Positions 1-7,642 are shown, counted from the first letter of the stretch. The stretch: DNA of 35,184 bases from an uncultured virus (IMG/VR IMGVR_UViG_3300025276_000002) (IMGVR_UViG_3300025276_000002); one strand, 5' to 3'. Notes: generated from the letters alone by a model not told the origin. Translations and numbers: made by a program.

Positions 1-2
1 TA

Positions 3-317
3 ATGGTAGAGAAACAACTTTGCTTCGGCTGTAATCTATGGGAGGAACGTTTAGAGAAAGATTTCACTAAAGGTAATGTATTCGTCTATAACAGAACAAT
101 GTATTCGATCGGGACATATGGTTTTTCAAAAGAAAAGTATCTAGGTCATGGTGGGACAGTATTTAAGATCACCTATCCTAATGGTAAAGAAGTAGCTAGC
201 AACAATGTTTGGTGTGGTGGCGATTTACCATTATGGTTGACAGAGGGTTTCAAAACGGCTACTATGGAACGGGTGGTAAGTGTGAATGATCTGAACGATG
301 TAAAACACCTTTTGTAA
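3..317 (+). CDS. hypothetical phage protein (may be 5'-truncated by the window edge)
   Basis: 104-aa ORF with a CxxC near the N-terminus, same orientation as the next gene. Confidence 0.6.
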   Translation: MVEKQLCFGCNLWEERLEKDFTKGNVFVYNRTMYSIGTYGFSKEKYLGHGGTVFKITYPNGKEVASNNVWCGGDLPLWLTEGFKTATMERVVSVNDLNDVKHLL

Positions 318-423
318 CGTCAAAATTTTATAAGAATTATTAAGGAGAAAAAAACATGGGTGAGTTAATAAACCTACAAAGAATACAACTTTAGGTTTTA
401 ACCTAGAAACAAAACAGCTAACA

Positions 424-1122
424 ATGAGCAGCAGAGAGATAGCTTCTCTTCTAAACAAGAATCACTCAGATATCAAGCGTAGTGCTGAAAGACTCATAGC
501 ATCTGGAATAATAAACAACGGTCAGCCGTTGGCTGAGTGTGAATTTCAAACCTCTAGAGGAAACAAGTTTACCGAGTACCTATTAGTTAAAAGGGATAGT
601 CTTATTCTTGTAGCTCAAAATAGTCCAGAATTTACAGCACTTATTGTAGACAGATGGCAAGAGCTTGAAAACCAAAGTGAGCCACAGATGACCCAAATGG
701 AGATTATAGCACACAATGCGATGGCGCTAGTAGAGCAAGAGAAACGTATTAACCAAGTTGTACATAATCAAGCTCTACTAGAGGATAAGTTTGAACAACT
801 AAAAGAGAGCACAGCAATACTACCTAAGAGACCAACTAACGCAGAAGGTATTACATTTGTCCGAGCACGTATGCACAAGTTATACAAACTACCACCTCGT
901 GTAGTGAATGAAGTATTGTATAGTTCACCCCATGCACCTAAGCCAGCAGGTCAGGTAAGAAACACACATGAACAAGCAGGAAATGCTACTTACACAGTTT
1001 GGTACACAAGTGATGTATCTAAACTATTCACAAGGTTTGTAGAGGAGTGTGAGTTTGTAACTAAGACGCAAGCTGTACATCCAGACATTGATGGTAGATT
1101 TAAGCTGGTAATAGAATCTTAA
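424..1122 (+). CDS. Rha-family phage regulatory/antirepressor-like protein; natural start probably ATG 356 with a 1-nt indel at 370-372
   Basis: MSSREIA..L.K.H.DI.R and Y.L.KRDSLILVAQ.SPEFTA.IVDRWQELE are typical Rha N-terminal motifs; AGGAG RBS at 343-347 precedes the out-of-frame ATG 356. Confidence 0.85.
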   Translation: MSSREIASLLNKNHSDIKRSAERLIASGIINNGQPLAECEFQTSRGNKFTEYLLVKRDSLILVAQNSPEFTALIVDRWQELENQSEPQMTQMEIIAHNAMALVEQEKRINQVVHNQALLEDKFEQLKESTAILPKRPTNAEGITFVRARMHKLYKLPPRVVNEVLYSSPHAPKPAGQVRNTHEQAGNATYTVWYTSDVSKLFTRFVEECEFVTKTQAVHPDIDGRFKLVIES

Positions 1123-1139
1123 AATTTACAAAATTATTA

Positions 1140-1440
1140 AAGGGTCTTTTTCTAGACCCCCATTTTTTCAGAAAATCTTTATACCCCCATTTTTCAAAGA
1201 CACCATCTTCTTACATAGCCCACCTCTTATAGCCAAGCTCCATAGCCCATTTTCATAGCAAAAATTTTATAGCTGATTTTAAAAGACCCCATCTTCCTAT
1301 ATATTCGAAAGGATCATAAGCTGTTAACATAGGCAAAATTACTACAAAATATTAGAAAGGGTGGTGGGAGTATTAACATAGTCAAAAGTAGTGCTAGTTT
1401 TACAAGAGGGTTAAGTGAAAATATAGACCCGTACCCCCCG
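1140..1440. repeat. non-coding array of short degenerate repeats (ACCCCCATTTTT / GACNCCATCTTC / ATAGCC); possible packaging or terminal-repeat boundary
   Basis: About 9 related units in 1154-1300; AACATAG(G/T)CAAAA twice at about 1326 and 1375; no ORF. Confidence 0.5.
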
Positions 1441-1466
1441 TATGATTCCATCAAATTGTCCAATAT

Positions 1467-1562
1467 AAGCCACTCACAAGCACTCTAAGCAGCGATCGCC
1501 ATATAAGTAATACAATGGCAGCGGGTAGGTTTTAAGACGTCTTAGAATCACATAGAGGAACG
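1467..1562. other. ~96-bp two-armed element 1 (strong-gyrase-site-like)
   Basis: Left arm aagc.actcacaagcactctaagc, right arm cgtcttagaatcacatagagg, AT-rich core, ~10-11-bp phasing. Confidence 0.5.
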
Positions 1563-1603
1563 CATAGCATAGTTGCATAGCAAAGATGTTTATTACAGGC
1601 ATG

Positions 1604-1626
1604 AAAAAGCCCTCAATGGGAGGGCT
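1604..1626 (-). terminator. Rho-independent terminator of the leftward cassettes
   Basis: AGCCCTC-loop-GAGGGCT followed by TTTT on the minus strand. Confidence 0.8.
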
Positions 1627-1644
1627 GGTTACTTTTGATAGTGT

Positions 1645-1833
1645 CTAAAACTCTAACATTGTGCTCTGTCTTAGCTCTTCGCTCCCTAGTTTTTCAATAA
1701 ACCAAAAATATTCATTGCTCCATAAAGGATTAAGAGCAAACCAAGGTGCAGTATAGTAATCACCACCTAGTGTGCGACAATATATTTTAACATCCTGATT
1801 TGATTCTCTTAACTCGTCATAAAGAAGATACAT
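1645..1833 (-). CDS. hypothetical early protein (62 aa)
   Basis: ORF 1645..1848; GAGGAGG RBS favours ATG 1833. Confidence 0.65.
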   Translation of the reverse strand: MYLLYDELRESNQDVKIYCRTLGGDYYTAPWFALNPLWSNEYFWFIEKLGSEELRQSTMLEF

Positions 1834-1844
1834 AAGATCCCTCC

Positions 1845-2114
1845 TCAAAGTGTTTCTAGTTGTGAGCCAATGAACTTAATAACTTGGTTGAATTGTTTAG
1901 TGTCATCAATGTGCGCTGGTAAATCTTCGATCTTGTTGCCGTACACTTGAAACTTAAAAGTGAGTTGATCGCGGTCTGCATTGAACATGTATTCTATTAA
2001 GTTCTCCTCTTCACCTTGAACAAAGATTAATACATTACCATCTTCAATATTTACGTCTAATTGTAATCCGTGCTTTGCTGCAAATGTGTAGTTAGCTTTA
2101 GTAAGCTTTAGCAT
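1845..2114 (-). CDS. hypothetical early protein (89 aa)
   Basis: AGGA RBS and own promoter at 2159-2187. Confidence 0.8.
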   Translation of the reverse strand: MLKLTKANYTFAAKHGLQLDVNIEDGNVLIFVQGEEENLIEYMFNADRDQLTFKFQVYGNKIEDLPAHIDDTKQFNQVIKFIGSQLETL

Positions 2115-2118
2115 TGTG

Positions 2119-2218
2119 TAATTCCTAAATGGTTAAGCAGTATTGCTTCAATAAAGTGATCATCTCATATTCAGATAAGATGATCAACTCTTTTGAGTGA
2201 ATAAAGTTAAAATAGTTT
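2119..2218. repeat. ~100-bp leader/promoter repeat, copy 1 (copy 2 at 2730-2828)
   Basis: taattcctaaatggttaagc.gtattgcttc...gatcatctcatat....taagatgatcaa...aataaagttaaa is shared by both copies. Confidence 0.9.
2158..2187 (-). promoter_or_regulatory. sigma70-like promoter TTGATC-N17-GATGAT with GATC at both hexamers
   Basis: 17-bp spacer, TG extension, inverted repeat TGATCATCT...AGATGATCA. Confidence 0.7.
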
Positions 2219-2261
2219 GAACATTAAAAGCCACCTTTTACAGTGGCCATTACATTTAATA

Positions 2262-2465
2262 TCAATCAAATTCTAGATATAAACAAGATATATCAAGATT
2301 AAGGCTACCTTCAACCTCTTTTAGACTTTCTGTTAATTTCTCTTCAGTTAGATTGAAATTACGCCTTAAGCTATCCCTGAATTGTAAATCTAGTACCATA
2401 CTTAGATGCTTTTCGTGCTGTAAAAACAAGTATAACCCTAGATAGTGTCGCATTTTGTTATCCAT
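2262..2465 (-). CDS. hypothetical early protein (67 aa)
   Basis: AAGGA RBS; flanked by hairpins at 2227-2248 and 2498-2524. Confidence 0.65.
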   Translation of the reverse strand: MDNKMRHYLGLYLFLQHEKHLSMVLDLQFRDSLRRNFNLTEEKLTESLKEVEGSLNLDISCLYLEFD

Positions 2466-2543
2466 ACTACATCCTTAAAAATCTTTTAATTAAAAGTAAA
2501 AGCCCACTAGTCAGAGTGGGCTTTGTTGGTAATGGTTAGTTTA

Positions 2544-2723
2544 TTATAAAATACTATCAATTGATTTAAGTTCTAACGCTGCAATCGCATACTGTGTACC
2601 GTTTGGGTTACGTTCTTGCAGTGACCTAGTAGCGCTTGCTTTGATAGCTTGAATGCCTACTGTGTTAGATTCGTTGATGAACTTAGTAACACATGCGATT
2701 GTTTTAGCAGATAATGTTTTCAT
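2544..2723 (-). CDS. hypothetical early protein, 59 aa (MKTLSAKTIACVTKFINES...DSIL), not in the ORF track
   Basis: Translated by hand; follows leader repeat copy 2 with AGGA RBS. Confidence 0.75.
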   Translation of the reverse strand: MKTLSAKTIACVTKFINESNTVGIQAIKASATRSLQERNPNGTQYAIAALELKSIDSIL

Positions 2724-2729
2724 TGTCGT

Positions 2730-2828
2730 TAATTCCTAAATGGTTAAGCTGTATTGCTTCGATGTATTGATCATCTCATATCTAGCTAAGATGATCAATA
2801 CTTTTCGGTAAATAAAGTTAAATTAGTT
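2730..2828. repeat. ~100-bp leader/promoter repeat, copy 2
   Basis: Direct repeat of 2119-2218. Confidence 0.9.
2769..2798 (-). promoter_or_regulatory. sigma70-like promoter TTGATC-N17-GATGAT with GATC at both hexamers
   Basis: Same architecture as 2158-2187. Confidence 0.7.
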
Positions 2829-3023
2829 GTAATAGTTAGTTAACTTTAAAAAGTTATAATCATTGTTATCTACTAAGATTTTAGCCATTGCGACAGAATC
2901 ACGTTTTAACTTGTATGTAACCTCTTTACATGCTTTTAAATCTTTACCGTTAAAAATGTAAGTAGTATAAGATCCATCTTTATTTTTGTAAGTGTCCAGT
3001 TTAGCTGATTGATAAGTTTTCAT
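2823..3023 (-). CDS. hypothetical early protein (66 aa)
   Basis: AAGG RBS and own promoter at 3077-3105. Confidence 0.75.
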   Translation of the reverse strand: MKTYQSAKLDTYKNKDGSYTTYIFNGKDLKACKEVTYKLKRDSVAMAKILVDNNDYNFLKLTNYYN

Positions 3024-3075
3024 AATGTAAGCCTTAAAATGTAAGTTGTGAAACGTTGTACCGTTCCGATAGAGT

Positions 3076-3105
3076 GATCATCTCATACTTAGATAGGAAG
3101 ATCTA
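3076..3105 (-). promoter_or_regulatory. promoter TAGATC-N17-GATGAT, third copy of the GATC-containing promoter
   Basis: Shares gtgatcatctcata..agata with copies 1 and 2; GATC at 3076 and 3100. Confidence 0.65.
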
Positions 3106-3141
3106 CTATTAAATGCACTTTATTTTAAATTAATTTCTAAT

Positions 3142-3669
3142 TGATAATAGTTATCATCCACCAGCCTCATGCATATATTGATCAGCCTGTCAACATTTTA
3201 TTATTGCCCAGCGTACTATTGATTCAAAGTCAACATAGGCTAAAACGTCCTGTAAGTGATTCTAAGAGGCGATCGGTTTTACCTTAGTGTTAGTATTAAA
3301 ACAAAAAGATCTCTTCATCTGGTAGATCGGACAATAGTTGGCACACTGTTTGCTTAGTTAAATTAGTTATTGATAATCATTATCATCTAGATGCTTAGCA
3401 TGTTTAGCTTGTGAATTGTAGTAATAATTAAGCATATGTATATAACAAACCGTTCTATGTGATTAATTGAAAACGTGCTAGGCTTATCACTCGTTAGATC
3501 TACCATTTGCTAATTGGTATTGATAATTATTCTCAAGTAAGCAGATAAGACTTATTCTCATTTGCAATTGATGGCTATTCTCATTTGTAGTTGTTGAGAA
3601 GAGATCGCATTTGATATCAATTCTCATCTAGAGTTAATGATAACTATTTGCATTTGATATTGATTATCA
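3142..3669. promoter_or_regulatory. Fur-box array 1 (about 9 boxes of the 7-1-7 type)
   Basis: Perfect TGATAATcATTATCA at 3371-3385; 13/14 matches at 3142, 3521 and 3655; further degenerate boxes at 3546, 3569, 3595, 3612 and 3638. Confidence 0.8.
3241..3325. other. two-armed element 2 (strong-gyrase-site-like; right arm weak)
   Basis: taaaacgtcctgtaagtgattctaagaggcg; gtgattctaaga is the reverse complement of the right arm of element 1. Confidence 0.45.
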
Positions 3670-3700
3670 TTTAGAAAATAAAAGCAAGCAAGTTGAGAAT

Positions 3701-3763
3701 TGAAAACCGTTTGACTTTCCCAGTTTTACTATAGATGCTCTGGGGATTTTTCGATCTAGGGTG
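3701..3763 (+). repeat. conserved module-end motif, copy 1 (copy 2 at 13381-13447)
   Basis: TGAAAA-N4-TTGA-N7-AGTTTTACTA-N5-GCTCTGG..TTTT..CTAGGGTG, first ~45 nt in the same register in both copies. Confidence 0.8.
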
Positions 3764-3853
3764 GTCACGATCTAAGGCCAGTTGTAAAACAGCTTGTAAA
3801 ATCCATCAGCCAATGCTACCATTCAATAATCAATTAACTAATAAGGATCAACT

Positions 3854-4111
3854 ATGCTAGAATCAATCAAGAAGACGTTCAACAAACTAGGCTTTAAACA
3901 TCGTCATTATGAGCCACCAGCCAAGCCACGTTGGACTGTAAAGCCATTAGGCAAGGGTTATATCTATTATCAAGATAAGCCAGTCACAAAGCTTTCTGTG
4001 AGCTATTACAGATATACAGGAAATTCATTTAATAATAAGATGTTTAAAGAGATTGAGGCTGTAGCTAGAACGGGTCAAGTACTATTTAAAGGTTATGTAT
4101 CATTTAAGTAA
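3854..4111 (+). CDS. hypothetical protein (85 aa, basic)
   Basis: TAAGGA RBS upstream. Confidence 0.75.
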   Translation: MLESIKKTFNKLGFKHRHYEPPAKPRWTVKPLGKGYIYYQDKPVTKLSVSYYRYTGNSFNNKMFKEIEAVARTGQVLFKGYVSFK

Positions 4112-4160
4112 TTACATGGCCTTACAGCCCAGCACAACAACGATTAAGAGGTATTAGACA

Positions 4161-4250
4161 ATGAGTGGAACACTAGCAGGCGTATTAATATACATTGTAG
4201 CAATATTAGCTATATTACTATTAGTTAAAAATGGGAAGGGTGAACTATGA
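4161..4250 (+). CDS. small single-TM peptide, 29 aa (MSGTLAGVLIYIVAILAILLLVKNGKGEL)
   Basis: GAGG RBS; ATGA overlap with the next gene. Confidence 0.6.
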   Translation: MSGTLAGVLIYIVAILAILLLVKNGKGEL

Positions 4251-4471
4251 AGCGTAGAAAGGTAGAGACAGATCAATTATATGTCAGACTTACAAAGGAT
4301 GTTTCATATGCTAAAGATTTTACAAAAGATCGTTGGTATCCTGTGACTACATGTGACGGCATTTGTGGGCGCATAATTGATAACAGAGGTCTAACATACT
4401 TGTTAGATCTTGATATTATTAAATCCAACATAGTAACGTGGGAATATAAAACAATAAAGGTGACACCATGA
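4247..4471 (+). CDS. hypothetical protein (74 aa)
   Basis: ATGA-coupled on both sides. Confidence 0.7.
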   Translation: MKRRKVETDQLYVRLTKDVSYAKDFTKDRWYPVTTCDGICGRIIDNRGLTYLLDLDIIKSNIVTWEYKTIKVTP

Positions 4472-4557
4472 AGCGTAAGATCCAATTAACGTTAATATGG
4501 CTGGCTGTATTGAGCTTTCCAGCTATGATGATACTATGTGAACTATTAAGCAAGTAA
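4468..4557 (+). CDS. small hydrophobic peptide, 29 aa (MKRKIQLTLIWLAVLSFPAMMILCELLSK)
   Basis: ATGA overlap and AAGGTG RBS. Confidence 0.55.
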   Translation: MKRKIQLTLIWLAVLSFPAMMILCELLSK

Positions 4558-4564
4558 TATCTAA

Positions 4565-4839
4565 TAAGCCCTTGCATACATTGTTGAGGGCTGTTACACT
4601 TTAAGCACACCAACCGAGAACGGTTTAAAACTTCCATGTTACGTATCTGCTTACTAGAACGGACTAACTCAACACGGGGCGGCTGCCTATCTTATAAGCT
4701 GGAAAGGATCGGATCTCCCTGAAACCTTGTGGTCCTGAGACTTGCCCATTGCAGCGGTCTGTTATAATGGCCTTTGTGAATTAGGTTACCAAGTTCCCTA
4801 TCCAGTGATCTAATATTTATCCTTTGTCATTAATCTATG
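4565..4839 (-). ncRNA. candidate ~270-nt non-coding RNA
   Basis: Near-consensus promoter at 4846-4874, GC-richer body with no credible ORF, terminator-like hairpin AGCCCT...AGGGCT at about 4567-4592. Confidence 0.5.
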
Positions 4840-4845
4840 TGTTAC

Positions 4846-4874
4846 ATTGTATAGATCTCTGACTTCCTTGTCAA
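4846..4874 (-). promoter_or_regulatory. sigma70 promoter TTGACA-N17-TACAAT (GATC just upstream of -10)
   Basis: Direct reading of the minus strand. Confidence 0.85.
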
Positions 4875-4892
4875 TAGATTATTTTAAATTAA

Positions 4893-5069
4893 TTAGAATC
4901 TCCTTAATTGTTTAGCTATCACTTTAACTCGTCTTAGTCCTAGTCCTGATACATAACTTGCAGTTTTATAGCTACCACCATATGACAGGGCAAATATCGC
5001 TAGTCTTTGCATCTTACCTGTATTCCTGTTGTAGTTTTGTTGGCTTCTTCTTGGTTTTATAAAAATCAT
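4893..5069 (-). CDS. small basic protein with a probable HTH, 58 aa (…SYKTASYVSGLGLRRVKVIAKQLRRF), not in the ORF track
   Basis: AGGAG RBS; HTH-like pattern in the C-terminal half. Confidence 0.65.
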   Translation of the reverse strand: MIFIKPRRSQQNYNRNTGKMQRLAIFALSYGGSYKTASYVSGLGLRRVKVIAKQLRRF

Positions 5070-5081
5070 GTTGTAAACTCC

Positions 5082-5393
5082 TTAGTTATAATCTGTGTTT
5101 AACATCTCTGCTTCTATTTCCGCCCTGATACCTTGTGCATCTAGGCTGTCATAATATTCATTTTCTGCAAGCACTTCTTCAGGTGTTTGAGGCCAATCAT
5201 CTCTATCAATATAATCCATAAAGGCTATACTAGGATCTAGAAACTCCTCAATAAAATAAGCAACCCAATCAATACGTGACTTGATGCCCTCTTCATCTCC
5301 ATTCCTGACCAACTCTGGAATCTCTTCCATTGATTTCTTTATACCTAACATAACTCGGTAAGATATTGGTTTTAAAAATTCTCCATAGCTCAT
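5082..5393 (-). CDS. acidic hypothetical protein (103 aa)
   Basis: ATGA overlap with the upstream gene; GAGGG RBS. Confidence 0.75.
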   Translation of the reverse strand: MSYGEFLKPISYRVMLGIKKSMEEIPELVRNGDEEGIKSRIDWVAYFIEEFLDPSIAFMDYIDRDDWPQTPEEVLAENEYYDSLDAQGIRAEIEAEMLNTDYN

Positions 5394-5962
5394 ATTTTGC
5401 CCTCTCTTTTTAATTTGTCATATTCATACTGATCAGGATCATAAGTTTTGAGATTTAACTCTTCGCCTTTATGTCTCCACAAATGATCCTGCCAATGCTC
5501 TCTTATAAATTGTTCTGCCATAATCCTTAACTGTATAGTGGGGGATGATGAGAAAACAACAACGTTATTAACTTGCTTACTTACTCCAGATCTAGCCTCT
5601 ATAAGTATTGGATAAATTCCCGATAGTTGATCAGCCATCTTCTTTAAAGTCTTAGGTGTGCAATGCAAATTCTTTGTTAATGCTATCGGCTTTCTAACCT
5701 TAATAAGTGTAATAAGTAGAAATCTTAAACCCTGCAAGCTTTTGTACTGTGTCTTAGGATAACTAGCCTTATACTTCTTGATCATCTGGTCTGCTATTCC
5801 AACTCTTATTGAGTCCCATTCCCCGTATTCCATTGCGGTGTAGCTCGATTGCAGCCCCTGCTTACTGTTATATTTTAACCCTGATTTGGGACTCCTTTTG
5901 CCGTCAACAAGTATCATATCTTCCCCCCTTAGTTGCTGATCCGAGATTTCTAAGATTTCCAT
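5390..5962 (-). CDS. basic hypothetical protein, possibly a winged-helix DNA-binding protein
   Basis: 190 aa; PIALTKNLHCTPKTLKKMADQL resembles an HTH, followed by beta-strand-like segments. Confidence 0.6.
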   Translation of the reverse strand: MEILEISDQQLRGEDMILVDGKRSPKSGLKYNSKQGLQSSYTAMEYGEWDSIRVGIADQMIKKYKASYPKTQYKSLQGLRFLLITLIKVRKPIALTKNLHCTPKTLKKMADQLSGIYPILIEARSGVSKQVNNVVVFSSSPTIQLRIMAEQFIREHWQDHLWRHKGEELNLKTYDPDQYEYDKLKREGKI

Positions 5963-6021
5963 GCATAGAACTATAATACTATACCATAGTAATCTTAATA
6001 TTTAATATACATACCATACGA

Positions 6022-6050
6022 AGTATACATACAGATATTGCATACGTCAA
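6022..6050 (-). promoter_or_regulatory. sigma70 promoter TTGACG-N17-TATACT
   Basis: Directly upstream of the 5962-to-4893 operon. Confidence 0.7.
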
Positions 6051-6196
6051 CACTTAATAGATCTATAGTAATGGTAATCTTAATAGTAATGGTAATAGCT
6101 ATCATTTGTATGCTTGTTTGTATGCCATATTATATAGTTGATAATGTCAACCTTACTTGAGGTTTGGAAGGGGATTCTCCCCCTCCCAACTCCCTT

Positions 6197-6321
6197 GATC
6201 TAGTCTATGTATTGATCTGGATAGTGCGATCTATGGCAGGTAGTATAGTATGCAGATGATCTATGTATGTAAGTTGTGTATGGTGATCTGTACAGTATGC
6301 GTATAATGATCTGTATGATCT
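6197..6321 (+). repeat. cluster of seven co-oriented GATCT sites in a GT-skewed non-coding tract
   Basis: GATC at 6197, 6214, 6228, 6258, 6285, 6308 and 6317, plus 6060 and 6539. Confidence 0.8.
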
Positions 6322-6420
6322 GTTGTATGTATTGTATTATCTATATTTTAGATTGATAAGTAAGTATTGATTGATTAATTAGATATGTATATTAGTCTAT
6401 GATTATCTAGTGTATCATAT

Positions 6421-6518
6421 AAGCTCTTCAATAAGCCTGTAAGCTGTTTAATTATCTACCCAATAGGGTTACTTAGGTTAATAGGTTTAAATCGGTTACA
6501 GGCTGGCTATGGGGCTTG
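6421..6518. other. two-armed element 3 (strong-gyrase-site-like)
   Basis: aagc...agcctgtaagc ... gttacaggct...gcttg; the arms agcctgtaa and ttacaggct are exact inverted repeats. Confidence 0.55.
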
Positions 6519-6616
6519 TATGTTTGATTGTGTTAGTTGATCTGGGTTGTATTGTCTGTGTAACTATGTTGCTATATTAAATAAGTAATAGACTGTTGTT
6601 GTCTATTACTCTTTTA

Positions 6617-6874
6617 TTAGTCTAGTCTGTTTAATCTGTAAAGACATATATCTGTCTCACAGTATGAATTGCCTTCTAGGTACTGAACTACTAATTTAAA
6701 GCCTTGGCTTATTTCTACCAGTCTATACCCTGTCACACCTTCTTCTATTATGTGTTGATAATAATCTTTGAACCAAGATGATTCTATTAAGGATGTCATA
6801 CTATGGTGATCTGTGTATTTTATGTATAGATCTGTGTAATCATCTTTGTATTTTCCTGCACTTATTATGTACAT
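6617..6874 (-). CDS. hypothetical early protein (85 aa)
   Basis: GAGGG RBS. Confidence 0.75.
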   Translation of the reverse strand: MYIISAGKYKDDYTDLYIKYTDHHSMTSLIESSWFKDYYQHIIEEGVTGYRLVEISQGFKLVVQYLEGNSYCETDICLYRLNRLD

Positions 6875-6940
6875 TTATTTGCCCTCTTGTTAGGTTAGAT
6901 ATATGACAGACCTTTTATGATCTGTCATTGTGTTATTAGT

Positions 6941-7138
6941 TTAACTTAATAAATATTTAACTAAATGATCTTTTACTTGGTTAATCTTCCATTGTTGACC
7001 ATCAAAATAGACCTTGTAAGTGCCGTGGGTGGTTTTTAGTATTCTAAATGAGACACCACAATGTGAAATCATATTAACTGATTTTGGATTACGTCTAGTT
7101 GCACGTTTGCATAATTTTAAGATTGTTGATTCTTTCAT
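6941..7138 (-). CDS. hypothetical early protein (65 aa, basic)
   Basis: AAGGTG RBS. Confidence 0.7.
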   Translation of the reverse strand: MKESTILKLCKRATRRNPKSVNMISHCGVSFRILKTTHGTYKVYFDGQQWKINQVKDHLVKYLLS

Positions 7139-7202
7139 ATTATCACCTTGTGATTAGTTGGTTATAATGGTCTGCTCGTTAACACTCACAGATCATTTTT
7201 GT

Positions 7203-7580
7203 TTAGTATTCTTTTAATTTATCTTCAAGCTCTTTGATTCTGGCAAGTTCACCAGTTTTTGCATTATAGCGTAAGCCTCTGCTGATATCAAGTACAAAGC
7301 GGGGTGTGTATATTGCTGCAAAGATGATTACAACACCTATAAGCGCTTCGAATAGTACACCATCTGAACGTAAAAGACTAGAAACAGCGATAATAAAAAA
7401 CGTCACTAGTGCTAAAAGAAAACCACCTAATAAATAACTAGTCCAGCAGCTTACACCAGCCCTGTTAATCAGTATAAACTTATCTGATCTGGTCCAATGT
7501 CGCATAAGTCCGATCAATACATACCCTGACAGTATGACTGTTACTAGTCCAATTACTAAGTTAAAAGCTAATTCATTCAT
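7203..7580 (-). CDS. membrane protein with 3 predicted TM helices
   Basis: Three hydrophobic stretches; AGGG RBS; own promoter. Confidence 0.8.
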   Translation of the reverse strand: MNELAFNLVIGLVTVILSGYVLIGLMRHWTRSDKFILINRAGVSCWTSYLLGGFLLALVTFFIIAVSSLLRSDGVLFEALIGVVIIFAAIYTPRFVLDISRGLRYNAKTGELARIKELEDKLKEY

Positions 7581-7642
7581 AATTATATTTCCCCTATTTT
7601 TATTTAATCTGCTAATACGTTATTGCTTAGCCAGTAACCGCT

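Noticed and set aside
3521..3669. CRISPR or mini-array reading of the ATTCTCATTTG repeats
   Set aside because: Units are degenerate, spacers are short and irregular, and no cas genes are present; Fur boxes fit better.
4419..4637. 72-aa minus-strand ORF as the product of the 4846 promoter
   Set aside because: No RBS, it runs through the terminator hairpin, and it overlaps plus-strand genes.
4840..4853. matS-like GTTACATTGTATA
   Set aside because: Imperfect and explained by the overlapping -10 element.
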